The notes under the pieces: model-generated | What the model was told of the DNA's origin: nothing | Databases searched by the model: none | What the model saw: only the letters and a program-made list of their open reading frames with translations | Shown here: positions 50,913 to 61,995 of the stretch, one piece after another | Position numbering within the stretch: the stretch's first letter is position 1 | Layout: the number at the start of each line of letters is the position of its first letter | Assembly (NCBI GenBank): GCA_947244325.1 | Contig: CAMXJY010000003.1 | Span: 267 to 64,266, forward strand | Length of the DNA stretch: 64,000 nucleotides | Reading direction: 5' to 3' | Origin: an uncultured Clostridium sp. | GTDB taxonomy: Bacteria > Bacillota > Clostridia > TANB77 > CAG-508 | Translations under genes and position numbers: made by a program

Positions 50913-50963
50913 CAGGTATTTCCTCCTTTTATACTATATATATTAAAAATTAAAAACTAAATT

Positions 50964-52226
50964 TTAGGTGTAAAAGAAATCTCTTACTTTTTCTACAACT
51001 GTTTTTAGTAAGTTCTTTTCTGTCTTTACAGAGATACTACTAGAAACTGTTTTTGCATATGGTCTTGCAGCTATGTATCTTACTAATGCATAACTAACTC
51101 TATAAGTAGATTTTACAGTACTTACTAATCTTCCAGTTGATATTTTTACAGGAATATTTAAAATTATTTTTCCTGCCATATCACTTTTATTTATGTTAAT
51201 GATTCCTTCCCCTGTTAATATTACATTATTTATATTATTTTTTATTCCATGCGAAATTATATCTTTATTTACTAATGTAAACATTTCTTCTATTCTGGCT
51301 TCAATGATTTCAATTAAGTCTGAACTTTTTATTGTTGTATTTTTTGAATCTGAATCTTTACAAGTATTAAGCACAATATTATTATCATTATCTATAAAAG
51401 ATCTTAGTGCTAACCCATATTGCCTTTTTAATTTATCTGCTTCTTCTTTAGAAACATTTAAAACATATGCTATGTCACTTGTAATATTATCTCCACCTAC
51501 TGAAATTGTATTAGTGTAAGAAAATGTTGATCCACTAAATACTCCTATTTCTATATTTCCTGCCCCAATGTCCAATATCATTACATTATCTGATAATTCA
51601 TTAGTATCTAATACTAGATTTCTTTCTGCTAATGATGTAGGTACAACTCCATCTATCTCAATTCCAGCCTTTTTAAAAACAGAGGTTAACTGTCTTACAT
51701 ATTCTTTTTCAGCTAATATTATTTGTGCTGTTAAAGTAAAATTGCTGCTAAATTTTCCAACAGGATCGTCTACAGCTTTACCGTCTTCTAGGATAAATTT
51801 ATCAGGCACTATATCTATTAATACTTTATCTTCTGGAATTTCTATGTCTCTAACTTGAATTATTGCTGATGCAACATCTTTAATTGTTATTCCAGCTAGT
51901 TTATCTTTTGCTTCTTTTACGATACTGTTTTGTACTATTGTTATATATTTACCGGGTATAGTAGTATAAGCAGAATTTATTTGTAAATTTGATATATCTT
52001 CAACTTCACTTATTGTTCTTGCTATTGCTGAACTTAATTCTTCTTCGTTTGCAATTCTTCCCTTTTGAATTGCATCACATTTACTACTTGTACTACAAAT
52101 AATTTCAATCTGATTGAAATTATTAACTTCGCCAACAAATGTACTAACTTTAGAGGTTCCAATATCGATACCAACAATTATATCCCCTATTGCCAAAGTT
52201 AACTCCTCCATTTTAATTATTTTCAA
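50964..52226 (-). CDS. ftsA: Cell division protein FtsA
   Basis: The actin-fold start IVGIDIGTSKV and DIGAGNIEIGVF are present. Length is 420 aa, directly upstream of ftsZ. Confidence 0.9.
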   Translation of the reverse strand: MKIIKMEELTLAIGDIIVGIDIGTSKVSTFVGEVNNFNQIEIICSTSSKCDAIQKGRIANEEELSSAIARTISEVEDISNLQINSAYTTIPGKYITIVQNSIVKEAKDKLAGITIKDVASAIIQVRDIEIPEDKVLIDIVPDKFILEDGKAVDDPVGKFSSNFTLTAQIILAEKEYVRQLTSVFKKAGIEIDGVVPTSLAERNLVLDTNELSDNVMILDIGAGNIEIGVFSGSTFSYTNTISVGGDNITSDIAYVLNVSKEEADKLKRQYGLALRSFIDNDNNIVLNTCKDSDSKNTTIKSSDLIEIIEARIEEMFTLVNKDIISHGIKNNINNVILTGEGIININKSDMAGKIILNIPVKISTGRLVSTVKSTYRVSYALVRYIAARPYAKTVSSSISVKTEKNLLKTVVEKVRDFFYT

Positions 52227-52484
52227 AAACCTATGCGATAAGAATATTACATTTTGAGCAAAAAGTCAAGTAAAAATGACATATTTTTGTAATTAAAATG
52301 TAATATTTTTGTTATCCCTGAAAAAAAAGAATGAAAAATCTACTTCATTCTTTTATTTTTCCCATATTCTATAAAATATTATATTTTTTTATTTAAAATT
52401 ATTATTTTTTATTTATCAGAAAATTAAATTTTCTACTAAATAAAAGTGAGTATTAAACTACTTTATTAAATTACCACGTATTTA

Positions 52485-52916
52485 TTAATTTTCTTCTATA
52501 ATTGATACTCCATCATTATCTTTTATATCTTCATCTTGGCTTTTTGAAACTTTACCTTTTACTTTTTTTGACATCATATCACTCCATTTATCAATATAAT
52601 ATCTTCTTATTATTGCTAAATTAGTAAACATTCTACCAACAAAAACTACTATTGCAGCTAAATAAATATCTACATTTAATTTGTTTCCTAAATATGTTAA
52701 AGCTATTGATAATATTGAATTTCCAAAGAATCCTGATAAGAAAATTTTTAAATCAAAATTTCCTTTTATTACAGAAGAAATTCCACCAAAAACTGTATCA
52801 AGTGCAGCTATAATAGCTATAGATAAATAACTTGAATATGTATAAGAAATTACTGGTGAATTTAATCCTAATATAGCTCCTATTAAACAACCTAAAATTA
52901 TTGCAATATATATCAT
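52485..52916 (-). CDS. sbp: Small basic protein Sbp (DUF1290)
   Basis: SYLSIAIIAALDTVFGGISSVIKGNFD...SGFFGN closely matches B. subtilis Sbp. It is in the position between ylxX and ftsA. Confidence 0.75.
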   Translation of the reverse strand: MIYIAIILGCLIGAILGLNSPVISYTYSSYLSIAIIAALDTVFGGISSVIKGNFDLKIFLSGFFGNSILSIALTYLGNKLNVDIYLAAIVVFVGRMFTNLAIIRRYYIDKWSDMMSKKVKGKVSKSQDEDIKDNDGVSIIEEN

Positions 52917-53632
52917 TATTTTTTTACCTCCTCTTTATTATCCTTTGCATATTCAAATTTTAATTCTTTATTATATGCTGGAATTACTATATTATCATCT
53001 ACTACAAGTTCTGCATTTCTATCATCATTCTTAATTTCATCTATAAATCCACCTTTTATTGTAAGTGCACTTTCAAGATATTTTTTATCTCCTATTGCTC
53101 TTACTACATATGGCGCTGAAACAGGTCTTTCGTTTATTCTTATTCTTACATAATTTATAAGAGCAAATTCTGATGCTGATACTATTCTTTCATCATTTAC
53201 AGAAATAGCTTCTGCTCCTGCACTATTAAGTTCATTTATTAATCTAAGTAGATGTTCTGGTTCTATATTATGTGTTTCAGAATCTGATAAAGTAACTATT
53301 ACACCTTCTCCTTTAATTTCTGTATATCCTAAATAAGTTTCTGCTTCTTTTACTTCTTGCTCTAAAATTTTAGATGTATTTTCGTCATTATTTACTTCTT
53401 GTTTATATTCATTAATTCTTGCTTCTTGTTCTTCCATTTTTGTTTCTACTTCTTCATACTTGGTTTTCCAATTTGCAAGCTCTGATCTAAGTTCTGTTTC
53501 TCTCATAGTTTCAATAGCTGTTATATCTGTTTTATCAACTGTTTTAAATTGTGTAAACATTATCATTGTTAAGATTAAAGCTGCACAACCTATAGATATT
53601 GTCATTGTTATTTTCTCTTTCAAATTTTTCAC
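52916..53632 (-). CDS. DUF881-family division-associated protein (YlxX-like)
   Basis: An N-terminal TM and a coiled coil are followed by the conserved GYTEIKGEGVIVTL...AGAEAISVNDERI... region. Confidence 0.7.
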   Translation of the reverse strand: MKNLKEKITMTISIGCAALILTMIMFTQFKTVDKTDITAIETMRETELRSELANWKTKYEEVETKMEEQEARINEYKQEVNNDENTSKILEQEVKEAETYLGYTEIKGEGVIVTLSDSETHNIEPEHLLRLINELNSAGAEAISVNDERIVSASEFALINYVRIRINERPVSAPYVVRAIGDKKYLESALTIKGGFIDEIKNDDRNAELVVDDNIVIPAYNKELKFEYAKDNKEEVKK

Positions 53633-53634
53633 CT

Positions 53635-54372
53635 CTATTCAACATTTGATGCATGTTCTAGCTTATATACACCTTCATATTTTGGAATTACTATTGTTTC
53701 TTTTTCAACTTGTTTTACATCTACACTTACTCCATAGGACTCAAGATTTTCTAAATATCCACCTGGCATTTTTAAAGAATAATAAAGTAATCCTGAAGGA
53801 CCTATTGCTTTTATAACAAATGGAGCACCTACTTTTTTATCATTTATTGTTACTACATTTCCTGAACATATTATACTTGTCTTATTTACTATTCTTTCAT
53901 CATTTATAGAAATGGCTTCTGCTCCTGCATTTTTTAATGCATTTACTACTTGTTGTAAATCTCCATCATGTACTATAAAATCAGTTGTAATTAAACCTGA
54001 ATTTTTTAAAACTGAACTATCTCCATCTTTTAGAGTAATTATTACTCCTTCTCCTTTAACTTCTGTATATCCTAATAATCTATTATAATTCTCTAATTTA
54101 TTACTCAATTCATTAGAACTTTCATCTGAATTTGACGCTTTTTCTCTTAATGACTCTAATTCTTCTTCCTTTTTTTCTAATTTACCATATGCATTTTCAT
54201 ATTTTTCTTTCCATCTAAGTACACTATCTCTAAGTTCGTTTTCTGCCTGAGTTCTTCCAACAGTTGTTGTACTACTTTGTACTGTTTTTATTTGAATAAA
54301 TATTCCAGCTGTAAGGAAAGTACACATTATTCCTAAAAGTATTGCAATCTTTATTTTATTTTGATTTTCCAT
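53635..54372 (-). CDS. DUF881-family division-associated protein (YlxW-like)
   Basis: It is paralogous to the preceding gene (GYTEVKGEGVIITL...AGAEAISINDERIV). Confidence 0.7.
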   Translation of the reverse strand: MENQNKIKIAILLGIMCTFLTAGIFIQIKTVQSSTTTVGRTQAENELRDSVLRWKEKYENAYGKLEKKEEELESLREKASNSDESSNELSNKLENYNRLLGYTEVKGEGVIITLKDGDSSVLKNSGLITTDFIVHDGDLQQVVNALKNAGAEAISINDERIVNKTSIICSGNVVTINDKKVGAPFVIKAIGPSGLLYYSLKMPGGYLENLESYGVSVDVKQVEKETIVIPKYEGVYKLEHASNVE

Positions 54373-54387
54373 TATTCTCTCCCTTCA

Positions 54388-55326
54388 TTATTCTGTACTT
54401 CTTCTAAAATAAACTCTTTCTTGATTCAAATCTACATTTAAAAATATCTCTCCTGCTCTTCCTTGATTTGCTTCTAATATTGATTTTAAACATAGCATTC
54501 TAGTATTTAAGTCAGAACCTTCACCTAAATATACTGTTTTTCCTTCACCTTCCATAATTAAAGTAAAGTTCTTAGTATCCGAAACATCTATTTTAGTTAT
54601 TAATTGATTTAATTCATTCAATTTTGCTTCTTCATATATTTTTATTATCATTTCCATCTTTTTTAAGTCTTCAACATCTATTCTATTTCCTGCTTTAATA
54701 TTACTTAAATCTGTAGTAAAACCTACCAAGATTGGAACTTCTAGCTTTTCATTTGAAATATCTAACATATATCCTTGATTATTGATATAAACATAACTAT
54801 CAGCAAATTGAAGCATATATGTAGCTTCTCTTTCTTTAATACTAATTTGTACTGTACCTGGTAATTTCCTTGAAATTTTTGCCTCTTCAATATATGCATT
54901 TTCTTTTATCTTCTTTATAACTTGCGATTTGTTAAATCTAAATATATTATTATCTATTTCAATTCCTGATAAACTTATAATCTTATTTTCTGATAATTTT
55001 TCGTTACCAACAACATTTATATTTTTTATACTAAACAAGCTAGAACTACATAAAAAAATTATTACTCCAAGTATTAGTGCTAAAATTATAATTACTTTTG
55101 CTATTGTTCCTTTATTACTTTGTTTAGTATTTATCATAGTTCTAGCTTCTGTTTTTTTAGAAGAATTTGATTTTTTCTTGTTTGATACTTTTTTATTACT
55201 TTGATTTTTATCTTTGCTATTTTTAACAGACTTTTTTTTATCTAAACTCTGATTTTTTTTGCGTTTATTTTTTGAAGTATTATTCGGTTTACTTTTTACA
55301 TTTACAATTATTTCATCTTCTTCCAA
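54388..55326 (-). CDS. divIB: Cell division protein DivIB/FtsQ (POTRA domain)
   Basis: A K-rich cytoplasmic N-terminus and a single TM are followed by POTRA-like IKNINVVGNEKLSENKI.... It sits between murA and the DUF881 genes. Confidence 0.6.
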   Translation of the reverse strand: MEEDEIIVNVKSKPNNTSKNKRKKNQSLDKKKSVKNSKDKNQSNKKVSNKKKSNSSKKTEARTMINTKQSNKGTIAKVIIILALILGVIIFLCSSSLFSIKNINVVGNEKLSENKIISLSGIEIDNNIFRFNKSQVIKKIKENAYIEEAKISRKLPGTVQISIKEREATYMLQFADSYVYINNQGYMLDISNEKLEVPILVGFTTDLSNIKAGNRIDVEDLKKMEMIIKIYEEAKLNELNQLITKIDVSDTKNFTLIMEGEGKTVYLGEGSDLNTRMLCLKSILEANQGRAGEIFLNVDLNQERVYFRRSTE

Positions 55327-55328
55327 AA

Positions 55329-56603
55329 TTACTCACCTTCTTCTCGGGTAATGTCTGCTCCAATACTATTTAGTTTTTTATCAAAATTTTCGTATCCTCT
55401 TAGTAAATATTCTAATTTACTAACTTTAGTTACTCCTTTACAAGCCAAACCTGCTAAAACAAGTGATGCTCCACCTCGTAAATCTGTACTTTCAACATTT
55501 GCTGGATGCAATCTTTTTACTCCTTTAATTATCATTGTCTTGCCTTCTATTGTGGCTTTTGCTCCCATTCTTTTTATTTCTTGCATAAACTTAAATCTGT
55601 TTTCAAATATATTTTCTGTAATAATAGAAGTTCCTTTGCATACAGTAAGTAATGTCGAAAATATTGGCTGTAAATCTGTTGGAAAACCTGGATATGGCAT
55701 TGTTTTTATATCAACTGCTTTAAGCTTTTTATTAGCATTTAGATAAATAGAATTATTACTTGTAATTATCTCACATCCACACTCAGTTAATTTACTTAAT
55801 ATTGGGCTTATATGTTCTGCACATACATTATTTAATTTTACACTTCCACCTGTTATTGCTGCTGCAACTAAAAAAGTTCCTGCTTCAATTCTGTCTGGCA
55901 TTATTTTATATGATACCTGTTTAAGAGATTCAACTCCCTTTATTTTTATAACATTTGTACCTGCTCCATAAACTTTTGCTCCCATTCTATTTAAGAAATT
56001 TGCTAAGTCTACTATTTCAGGTTCCATTGCACTATTGTTAATTGTTACTTCATGATCTCCCAAAACACTTGCTAGTATTAGATTTTCTGTAGCTCCTACA
56101 CTTGGAAAATCAAGTTCAATATTAGTCGATATTATTTTATCACATTTACACTCTATATATCTACAATTTTCATCTATTTTTATTCCAATTTTTTTAAAAT
56201 TTTCTAAATGTAAATCAATCGGCCTTGCTCCTATATCACATCCACCTGGATATGAGAATTTCACATTACCAAATCTACTAATGATTGCTCCTGCTATTAT
56301 TACTGATGACCTAAGTTTCCTCATTAAATTATCTGATATTGTAGTTTGACATACATCCTTTGAATTAATTATAATTTTATTTTTGTCTTTTTTTATTTTG
56401 CAACCAAGCTCTTCTAATATTTTAAGAGTTGTTCTAACATCTTCTATATCAGGTACATTATATAATTTTGTAGTTTTTCCACTAATAATGGTAGCTGCTA
56501 AAATAGGCAAACTTGCATTTTTTGAACCTGAAATGTCAACTTCGCCATGTAGCTTTTTTCCACCTTTAATTATGTAATTATACATTTTAGTTAACCTCCT
56601 CAT
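55329..56603 (-). CDS. murA: UDP-N-acetylglucosamine 1-carboxyvinyltransferase
   Basis: KLHGEVDISGSKNASLPILAATIISG is present and the active-site Cys context CDIGARPID is conserved. Length is 424 aa. Confidence 0.9.
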   Translation of the reverse strand: MRRLTKMYNYIIKGGKKLHGEVDISGSKNASLPILAATIISGKTTKLYNVPDIEDVRTTLKILEELGCKIKKDKNKIIINSKDVCQTTISDNLMRKLRSSVIIAGAIISRFGNVKFSYPGGCDIGARPIDLHLENFKKIGIKIDENCRYIECKCDKIISTNIELDFPSVGATENLILASVLGDHEVTINNSAMEPEIVDLANFLNRMGAKVYGAGTNVIKIKGVESLKQVSYKIMPDRIEAGTFLVAAAITGGSVKLNNVCAEHISPILSKLTECGCEIITSNNSIYLNANKKLKAVDIKTMPYPGFPTDLQPIFSTLLTVCKGTSIITENIFENRFKFMQEIKRMGAKATIEGKTMIIKGVKRLHPANVESTDLRGGASLVLAGLACKGVTKVSKLEYLLRGYENFDKKLNSIGADITREEGE

Positions 56604-56650
56604 AATATTTTATGTTACATATTATGAGAGTTTTACATAAATAGTTCTAA

Positions 56651-58561
56651 TTACTTTATTACTAATTTATCTATTTTTGAATTTATGTATTTTTTTAATT
56701 TATCCATAAATATTTCTGGTTTTATTTCCTTTTTTGCTACCATGTCTAATCCTTTTTCCCAACTAGCAGTTAATTCTGGATTAAGCATATCTGGAATAGA
56801 TTTGCTTACTATATCATATATAGCTTCTCCTTTTATTGTAGGAGTAATTATTTGAGTTTTTGAATTTATTTCTATATATTTTATACGTTCTAATTTTTTT
56901 ATTATTTCTCCTCTAGTTGCTGATGTCCCAATTCCAGCTCCTTTTATCTGTTCTCTTAATTCTTCATCTTCTATAAGTTTTCCTGCATTTTCCATTGCTA
57001 AAACCATACCACCAGAATTGTATCTTGATGGTGGTGAAGTTTCAGAATCTTTTGTTTCATAATTTAAAACACTTATTTCTTGACCTTTTTTTAGAGCTGA
57101 TAAAATACTTAAATTATCATCTTCTTCATCATTTTTTATTCTATTTTTTAATACTTCTAAAAATCCTTGTTTTGTACAAACCTTGCCACTACTATTAAAA
57201 ATTTCTCCTTCAACATCTATGCTTAAATTAACTTTATTATATTCTGCTGGTGGATAAAAAATCGCTATAAATCTTTTTACTATAAGTTTATATACTTCTT
57301 TTTTTAAATCTGGAAGTTTATCATAATTTTCTAAACCTTGACCAGTAGGAATAATTGCATAGTGGTCTGTTATTTTACTATCATTTACATATTTAGTTTT
57401 TACTAAATTGGTACTATATTTCTCATTAATCATTTTTGAAATATATCCATTTATTTCTTCATCTTTAAAGTTTTTATACAAGCCATTTAAGTTCTTTCCA
57501 ATTTCCTTTGCTATAGCTGTTGATAAAACCCTTGCATCAGTTCTTGGATACGTAACTAATTTTTTCTCATATAATTCTTGTATAATCTCTAAAGTCTCGT
57601 CTGGTTTTATTTTGAATACTTTTGTACATTCATTTTGAATCTCTGCTAAATTAAAAAGCAATGGTGCATTTTCTTTTTGTTTTGATTTCTTCAGTTCTGA
57701 TACAACTGCTTTTTTATCTTTTAAACTTAATATAAATTTTTTCGCATTTTCTTCTGATTTAAAACCACTATCATTATATAAAAGATTACTATTAAACAAT
57801 TTTGAAGTTTCTGATACTTTCCATTCAGCTTTAAAAGAAGAACTCTCATCTCCAAAATTTCCAATCACTTTATAATATTTTGTTTTAACAAAATTTCTTA
57901 TTTCTCTTTCTCTTGAAACTACCATTCCTAAAACGCAAGTCATAACTCTTCCTACTGAAATAGAGACTTTTTCTTCATTAATATCTTTTGCAATTCTTCT
58001 TCCAAAAATAATAGAAAGTAATCTTGAAAAATTTATTCCTATTAAATAATCTTCTTTAGCTCTAAGATATGCAGAATCTGATAAACTATCATATTTTGAC
58101 ATATCTTCTGCTTCTCTTATACCTCTTTGAATTTCTTCTTCTGTTTGTGAATCTATCCAAACTCTTTTCATTTTTGCATTTGGATTTGGTTTTGCCATCA
58201 TAAATACAAGTCTTTGTATATATTCTCCCTCACGCCCAGAGTCACCTGCATTATATATTTCTTCTATATCTTCTCTTTGCATTAATTTTTGTATAATATT
58301 AAACTGATTTGCAACTGCTGGTATTATTTCATATTTCCATTCTTCTGGAATAAATGGAAGTGTATCTAGTCTCCAAAATTTTAAGTCTTCATCATATGCT
58401 TCTGGATAACTCATTGTTACTAAATGACCTACACACCAAGTTATAATCCAATCTTTGTCTTCTATATACCCGTTTTTTCTATTCATATTTAATTTCAATG
58501 CTTTAGCAAATTCCATTGCTACTGATGGTTTTTCTGCAATTAGTAATTTCATTAATAACAT
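56651..58561 (-). CDS. topB: DNA topoisomerase III (type IA)
   Basis: The Toprim start LLIAEKPSVA and WCVGHL are present. Active-site Tyr region motifs are present. Length is 636 aa. Confidence 0.75.
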   Translation of the reverse strand: MLLMKLLIAEKPSVAMEFAKALKLNMNRKNGYIEDKDWIITWCVGHLVTMSYPEAYDEDLKFWRLDTLPFIPEEWKYEIIPAVANQFNIIQKLMQREDIEEIYNAGDSGREGEYIQRLVFMMAKPNPNAKMKRVWIDSQTEEEIQRGIREAEDMSKYDSLSDSAYLRAKEDYLIGINFSRLLSIIFGRRIAKDINEEKVSISVGRVMTCVLGMVVSREREIRNFVKTKYYKVIGNFGDESSSFKAEWKVSETSKLFNSNLLYNDSGFKSEENAKKFILSLKDKKAVVSELKKSKQKENAPLLFNLAEIQNECTKVFKIKPDETLEIIQELYEKKLVTYPRTDARVLSTAIAKEIGKNLNGLYKNFKDEEINGYISKMINEKYSTNLVKTKYVNDSKITDHYAIIPTGQGLENYDKLPDLKKEVYKLIVKRFIAIFYPPAEYNKVNLSIDVEGEIFNSSGKVCTKQGFLEVLKNRIKNDEEDDNLSILSALKKGQEISVLNYETKDSETSPPSRYNSGGMVLAMENAGKLIEDEELREQIKGAGIGTSATRGEIIKKLERIKYIEINSKTQIITPTIKGEAIYDIVSKSIPDMLNPELTASWEKGLDMVAKKEIKPEIFMDKLKKYINSKIDKLVIK

Positions 58562-58611
58562 CCTTTATACTATAATATTTGTATTATATATTAAGTTATA
58601 TTTTTTTTCAA

Positions 58612-58648
58612 CAAAAAAAGAGTAGCTTTTGGCTACTCTGATTTTTTT
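58612..58648 (-). terminator. Rho-independent terminator downstream of the cohesin gene
   Basis: The stem AGAGTAGC / GCTACTCT has A-runs and T-runs on both sides. Confidence 0.6.
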
Positions 58649-58654
58649 GTAAAA

Positions 58655-59416
58655 TTATTTTATTTCTTTATTTACTATTTCAAACTTTATATAAAATACT
58701 ATTGCTAAAACTAATATAGCTCCTCCTAAATACATTATTGTATCTTCAACTCCTGTATAAGGAATATCGTCTCCAGCTGTATTTGTATTATTTGTGTAAG
58801 GTGAAACTATGTTGCTATTTGTATTAGTATTAGTGTTTGTATTTGAAGTATTGTTTGCTGTGTTATTAGCTACTGGTAAAGCAATTATACTTCCATTTGA
58901 TGGTGTGTTTGTTACATTAGCTGTATTTCCTTCTCCTGCGTTACCTACTGTTATTGATGTAGATATATCAGCTGCAGCTATTGTTGTTTCACTGTTTGAT
59001 GCTACTATATTTGTAAATTTAATTTCTCCACTTTTACCTGTTACACCGCTTTTTGTTTTAAAAGCTATTTGGAAAACTTTTTCTTCTGTTTTTACGAAAG
59101 TTTGCTTTGTTAATGTAATTTTTCCTGTATCAGTTCCATAATCTGGTTTCCAACTATTTAAACCATCAATGCTTGAATCATTTATCGGTTCAAATACTTC
59201 CTCATCGTATTTTAAATATCCACTTAATGAGTTTACACCATTTGTTCCTACATCAAGATTAGATATTTTAACTTCTATTGTAAATTCTGTTGATTCTGGT
59301 ACTGCTGTACTACTTGGTGTCATAGTAGCTGTAAAACTTAATGCACTTACTACAGTGGCATATACAAAAATTAACATCATTGCTATTAAAATAATTTTAA
59401 AAACTCTCTTTTTCAT
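58655..59416 (-). CDS. Surface-anchored single-cohesin-domain protein (mini-scaffoldin / anchoring protein)
   Basis: A signal peptide is followed by a cohesin-like beta-sandwich of about 140 aa (EFTIEVKISNLDVGTNGVNSLSGYLKYDEEVFEP...FQIAFKTKSGVTGKSGEIKFTN). Then come an N/T-rich linker and the C-terminal IPYTG plus hydrophobic segment plus KEIK tail, which is a sorting-signal-like anchor. Confidence 0.6.
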   Translation of the reverse strand: MKKRVFKIILIAMMLIFVYATVVSALSFTATMTPSSTAVPESTEFTIEVKISNLDVGTNGVNSLSGYLKYDEEVFEPINDSSIDGLNSWKPDYGTDTGKITLTKQTFVKTEEKVFQIAFKTKSGVTGKSGEIKFTNIVASNSETTIAAADISTSITVGNAGEGNTANVTNTPSNGSIIALPVANNTANNTSNTNTNTNTNSNIVSPYTNNTNTAGDDIPYTGVEDTIMYLGGAILVLAIVFYIKFEIVNKEIK

Positions 59417-59532
59417 TTGAACTCTCCTTTTACTTTAGTATAACTTTTCACAATATAAAAATCAAGTGAAAATGCGTTTTTTTATATTACATTTTGATAA
59501 CATAAATAACATAATTATTTCAATTTTTCAAG

Positions 59533-61719
59533 TTACTTTGAATTATATAAAACTATCATTTGTGATACATCAGTTAAATCAATAATACCATCTAAATTCA
59601 TATCTGCTGCTTTTAATGCATTACCTGTTAATTGAAATTGTTTATACTCATTATAGTGAAGTATAAGTTTTGATATATCTGTTAATTCAACTATTCCATC
59701 TGGTTTTATATCTCCTCTTACTATTAAGATATATTCTTTTCCATCTGATAATTTTAATTTCATTCCTGTTGTTACTATAAAACTATTATTTAAAACTTCT
59801 TCTCCATCTTCAGTCATAACTTTTTTGTCTAAATCTGTTTTTACATTTTCTAAAAATGTACTTATTTTTGTTTCTTCAGGTATATTCATTATGTATTCAT
59901 TTTCTATTTTATATACTTCTGTAGTTAATTCATTTTTCTTATTATCTTCATCTGGTTTATTATTGTTATCATCATTATCGTTTTTATTGTCATTATCATC
60001 TTTATTGTCATCTTTATTATCATCATCTTCACTAGGATTATTTCCAATATCAGGTCCTGGTACATTCTCTTTAATCTTAGTAAAAGCCTTTATACAAACA
60101 TCAGCTCTATTCATATCCATATTTCCTACATTGAAATTAGCTAAGTTTGTCCATGTTTTTCCACCATCCATTGATATATAACTTCTATTATCTGAATCAA
60201 CATCAGCATATGCTGTTCCTGCTGCATTTGCTTCAACTTGGAAATAGAATTTTCCATTTTCTGAAGTTTGTTTTACATAGATTGCAAATTCACTTCCACT
60301 TAACTCTTTTGAATCTACTTTTATTCTATGATATCCTGGTGATAATACTCCATCAGACTCTCCTATTTTTACTACATCATCTGAAACTAATGTGCTTCCT
60401 GCAAAAATTTCTACTTTTGCATAATCTGCTAATGTTATACCAACACTTTCTAGAACTTCATTTTCATTTATAGTTTCTCTTTCAAAAGTTGCTCCATAAT
60501 ATCCTGTGTCCATTGCTGTAGTACCTATTTGGAATACTCCTCCATAATAATCATGTTGATAAATTTTATCATAATCAACATCTGATGTTGATTCAATTCC
60601 ATACATTTCATTTTCTATAAAAGTATCTTCATAAGATATATAAATATATCCATTATCAAAAGATTCTGTTCCATAAGTATTTAAAACTATATATGCACCA
60701 TCTGATGTTGGTTTTGCTCCTTCTGCGAAATTATCTCTTGAATAATTATCATCCCATCCTACTATTGTAATAGCATGATCTCTTACTATTGTATTATCAT
60801 TACAGTGATATGCAACTGATTTAAAAGGTGATGATGGGTTACTATAATATTTTGCATAATTACCACCTGTCATTGATACTAGTGCACCTTTTTCTACTAA
60901 ATGCTCTTTTACTATATTTCTAATACTTTCTACTTCATCTTTTGTATATTCTTCCCCATTTGCATTATAATATGAAACTGAAATTGTATTACCATTTGCA
61001 TCTTTTTCATATCTTTTAGAAATTGTTGGTAAAATTGTATAATCAGTTACTATTGTATCAACTCTTTTATCTATTTCACTTAAATTTACTTTTTGTTCAT
61101 TATTTTCAAAAGGCATATCGCTTTCTAGTACTGCACCTTGTCCATTACTTAAATATCCAAGTCCTGAAATAGGAAGTCCACCTCTTCCAACTTCTCTACT
61201 AAAACCTTTTTCATTTATTCCATCTAAAAAAGTTCTAGATGTAGCATAATCCATATGTCTTTCTGAGAAATTTTCAAGTTCTGAATTACCACTTAAAAGT
61301 GCAATATTTGTTTCCATAGCTTTTATTGTAGAAAATGCCCAACATTCTGTAGTATTTCCTTGATGCTCAACTCTCATATTCATTTTATCTGCTAAATTAT
61401 ATCTTGAATTATTAACAACTGCAGAAACATTCTCTAATCTATTATTCTCACTTCCTAATAATGTATTCAATAAACTTGGAACTGCATTTAATTCATATTT
61501 ACTTAAAATACTATCTGGTGCTTCTGAATAATTAGTTTGTGGCATTAATGTATTTTCTTTTTCTTCTATACTAAGTTCATTCCACTTTTTATATTCTTCT
61601 GATAGATTTACATTAAAATCACTTGCAAAAACTTTTCCAGAAAATATAAAAGAAAAAAGAAATGTACTTGCTACAGCTAATGTTTTTATTTTTTCCTTTT
61701 GAAATTTGAATTTTTTCAT
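59533..61719 (-). CDS. Secreted papain-like (C1 family) cysteine peptidase with a C-terminal type-I dockerin
   Basis: A signal peptide is present. The catalytic Cys context is QGNTTECWAFSTIKAME, the His is RDHAITIVGWDD and the Asn is NGYIYISYE. A D/N/K-rich linker follows. Two dockerin calcium-binding repeats are present (DIKPDGIVELTDISKLILHYN and ADMNLDGIIDLTDVSQMIVLYN). Confidence 0.8.
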   Translation of the reverse strand: MKKFKFQKEKIKTLAVASTFLFSFIFSGKVFASDFNVNLSEEYKKWNELSIEEKENTLMPQTNYSEAPDSILSKYELNAVPSLLNTLLGSENNRLENVSAVVNNSRYNLADKMNMRVEHQGNTTECWAFSTIKAMETNIALLSGNSELENFSERHMDYATSRTFLDGINEKGFSREVGRGGLPISGLGYLSNGQGAVLESDMPFENNEQKVNLSEIDKRVDTIVTDYTILPTISKRYEKDANGNTISVSYYNANGEEYTKDEVESIRNIVKEHLVEKGALVSMTGGNYAKYYSNPSSPFKSVAYHCNDNTIVRDHAITIVGWDDNYSRDNFAEGAKPTSDGAYIVLNTYGTESFDNGYIYISYEDTFIENEMYGIESTSDVDYDKIYQHDYYGGVFQIGTTAMDTGYYGATFERETINENEVLESVGITLADYAKVEIFAGSTLVSDDVVKIGESDGVLSPGYHRIKVDSKELSGSEFAIYVKQTSENGKFYFQVEANAAGTAYADVDSDNRSYISMDGGKTWTNLANFNVGNMDMNRADVCIKAFTKIKENVPGPDIGNNPSEDDDNKDDNKDDNDNKNDNDDNNNKPDEDNKKNELTTEVYKIENEYIMNIPEETKISTFLENVKTDLDKKVMTEDGEEVLNNSFIVTTGMKLKLSDGKEYILIVRGDIKPDGIVELTDISKLILHYNEYKQFQLTGNALKAADMNLDGIIDLTDVSQMIVLYNSK

Positions 61720-61995
61720 TTATATACTCTCTTTCTAAATTAAAATCTATTATTAGTATAATCTTATATTTTTGCAAAATCAACCTATAATTCAGTATTT
61801 TCAAGCATTTGATAACATTTTTCTTATAGTTATAACTACGGAAAATACAGCTTTACGAGATTTATTTTTCTTATATTAAATTTTAATAACACTCTTTTTG
61901 TAACTAAATTGTAATAGTTTCTTAATCGTCTTGATATGTATATTTGCATTTTTTGTTGTATAATATACTTATACTAAAGATTCAAGGAGTTTTAG

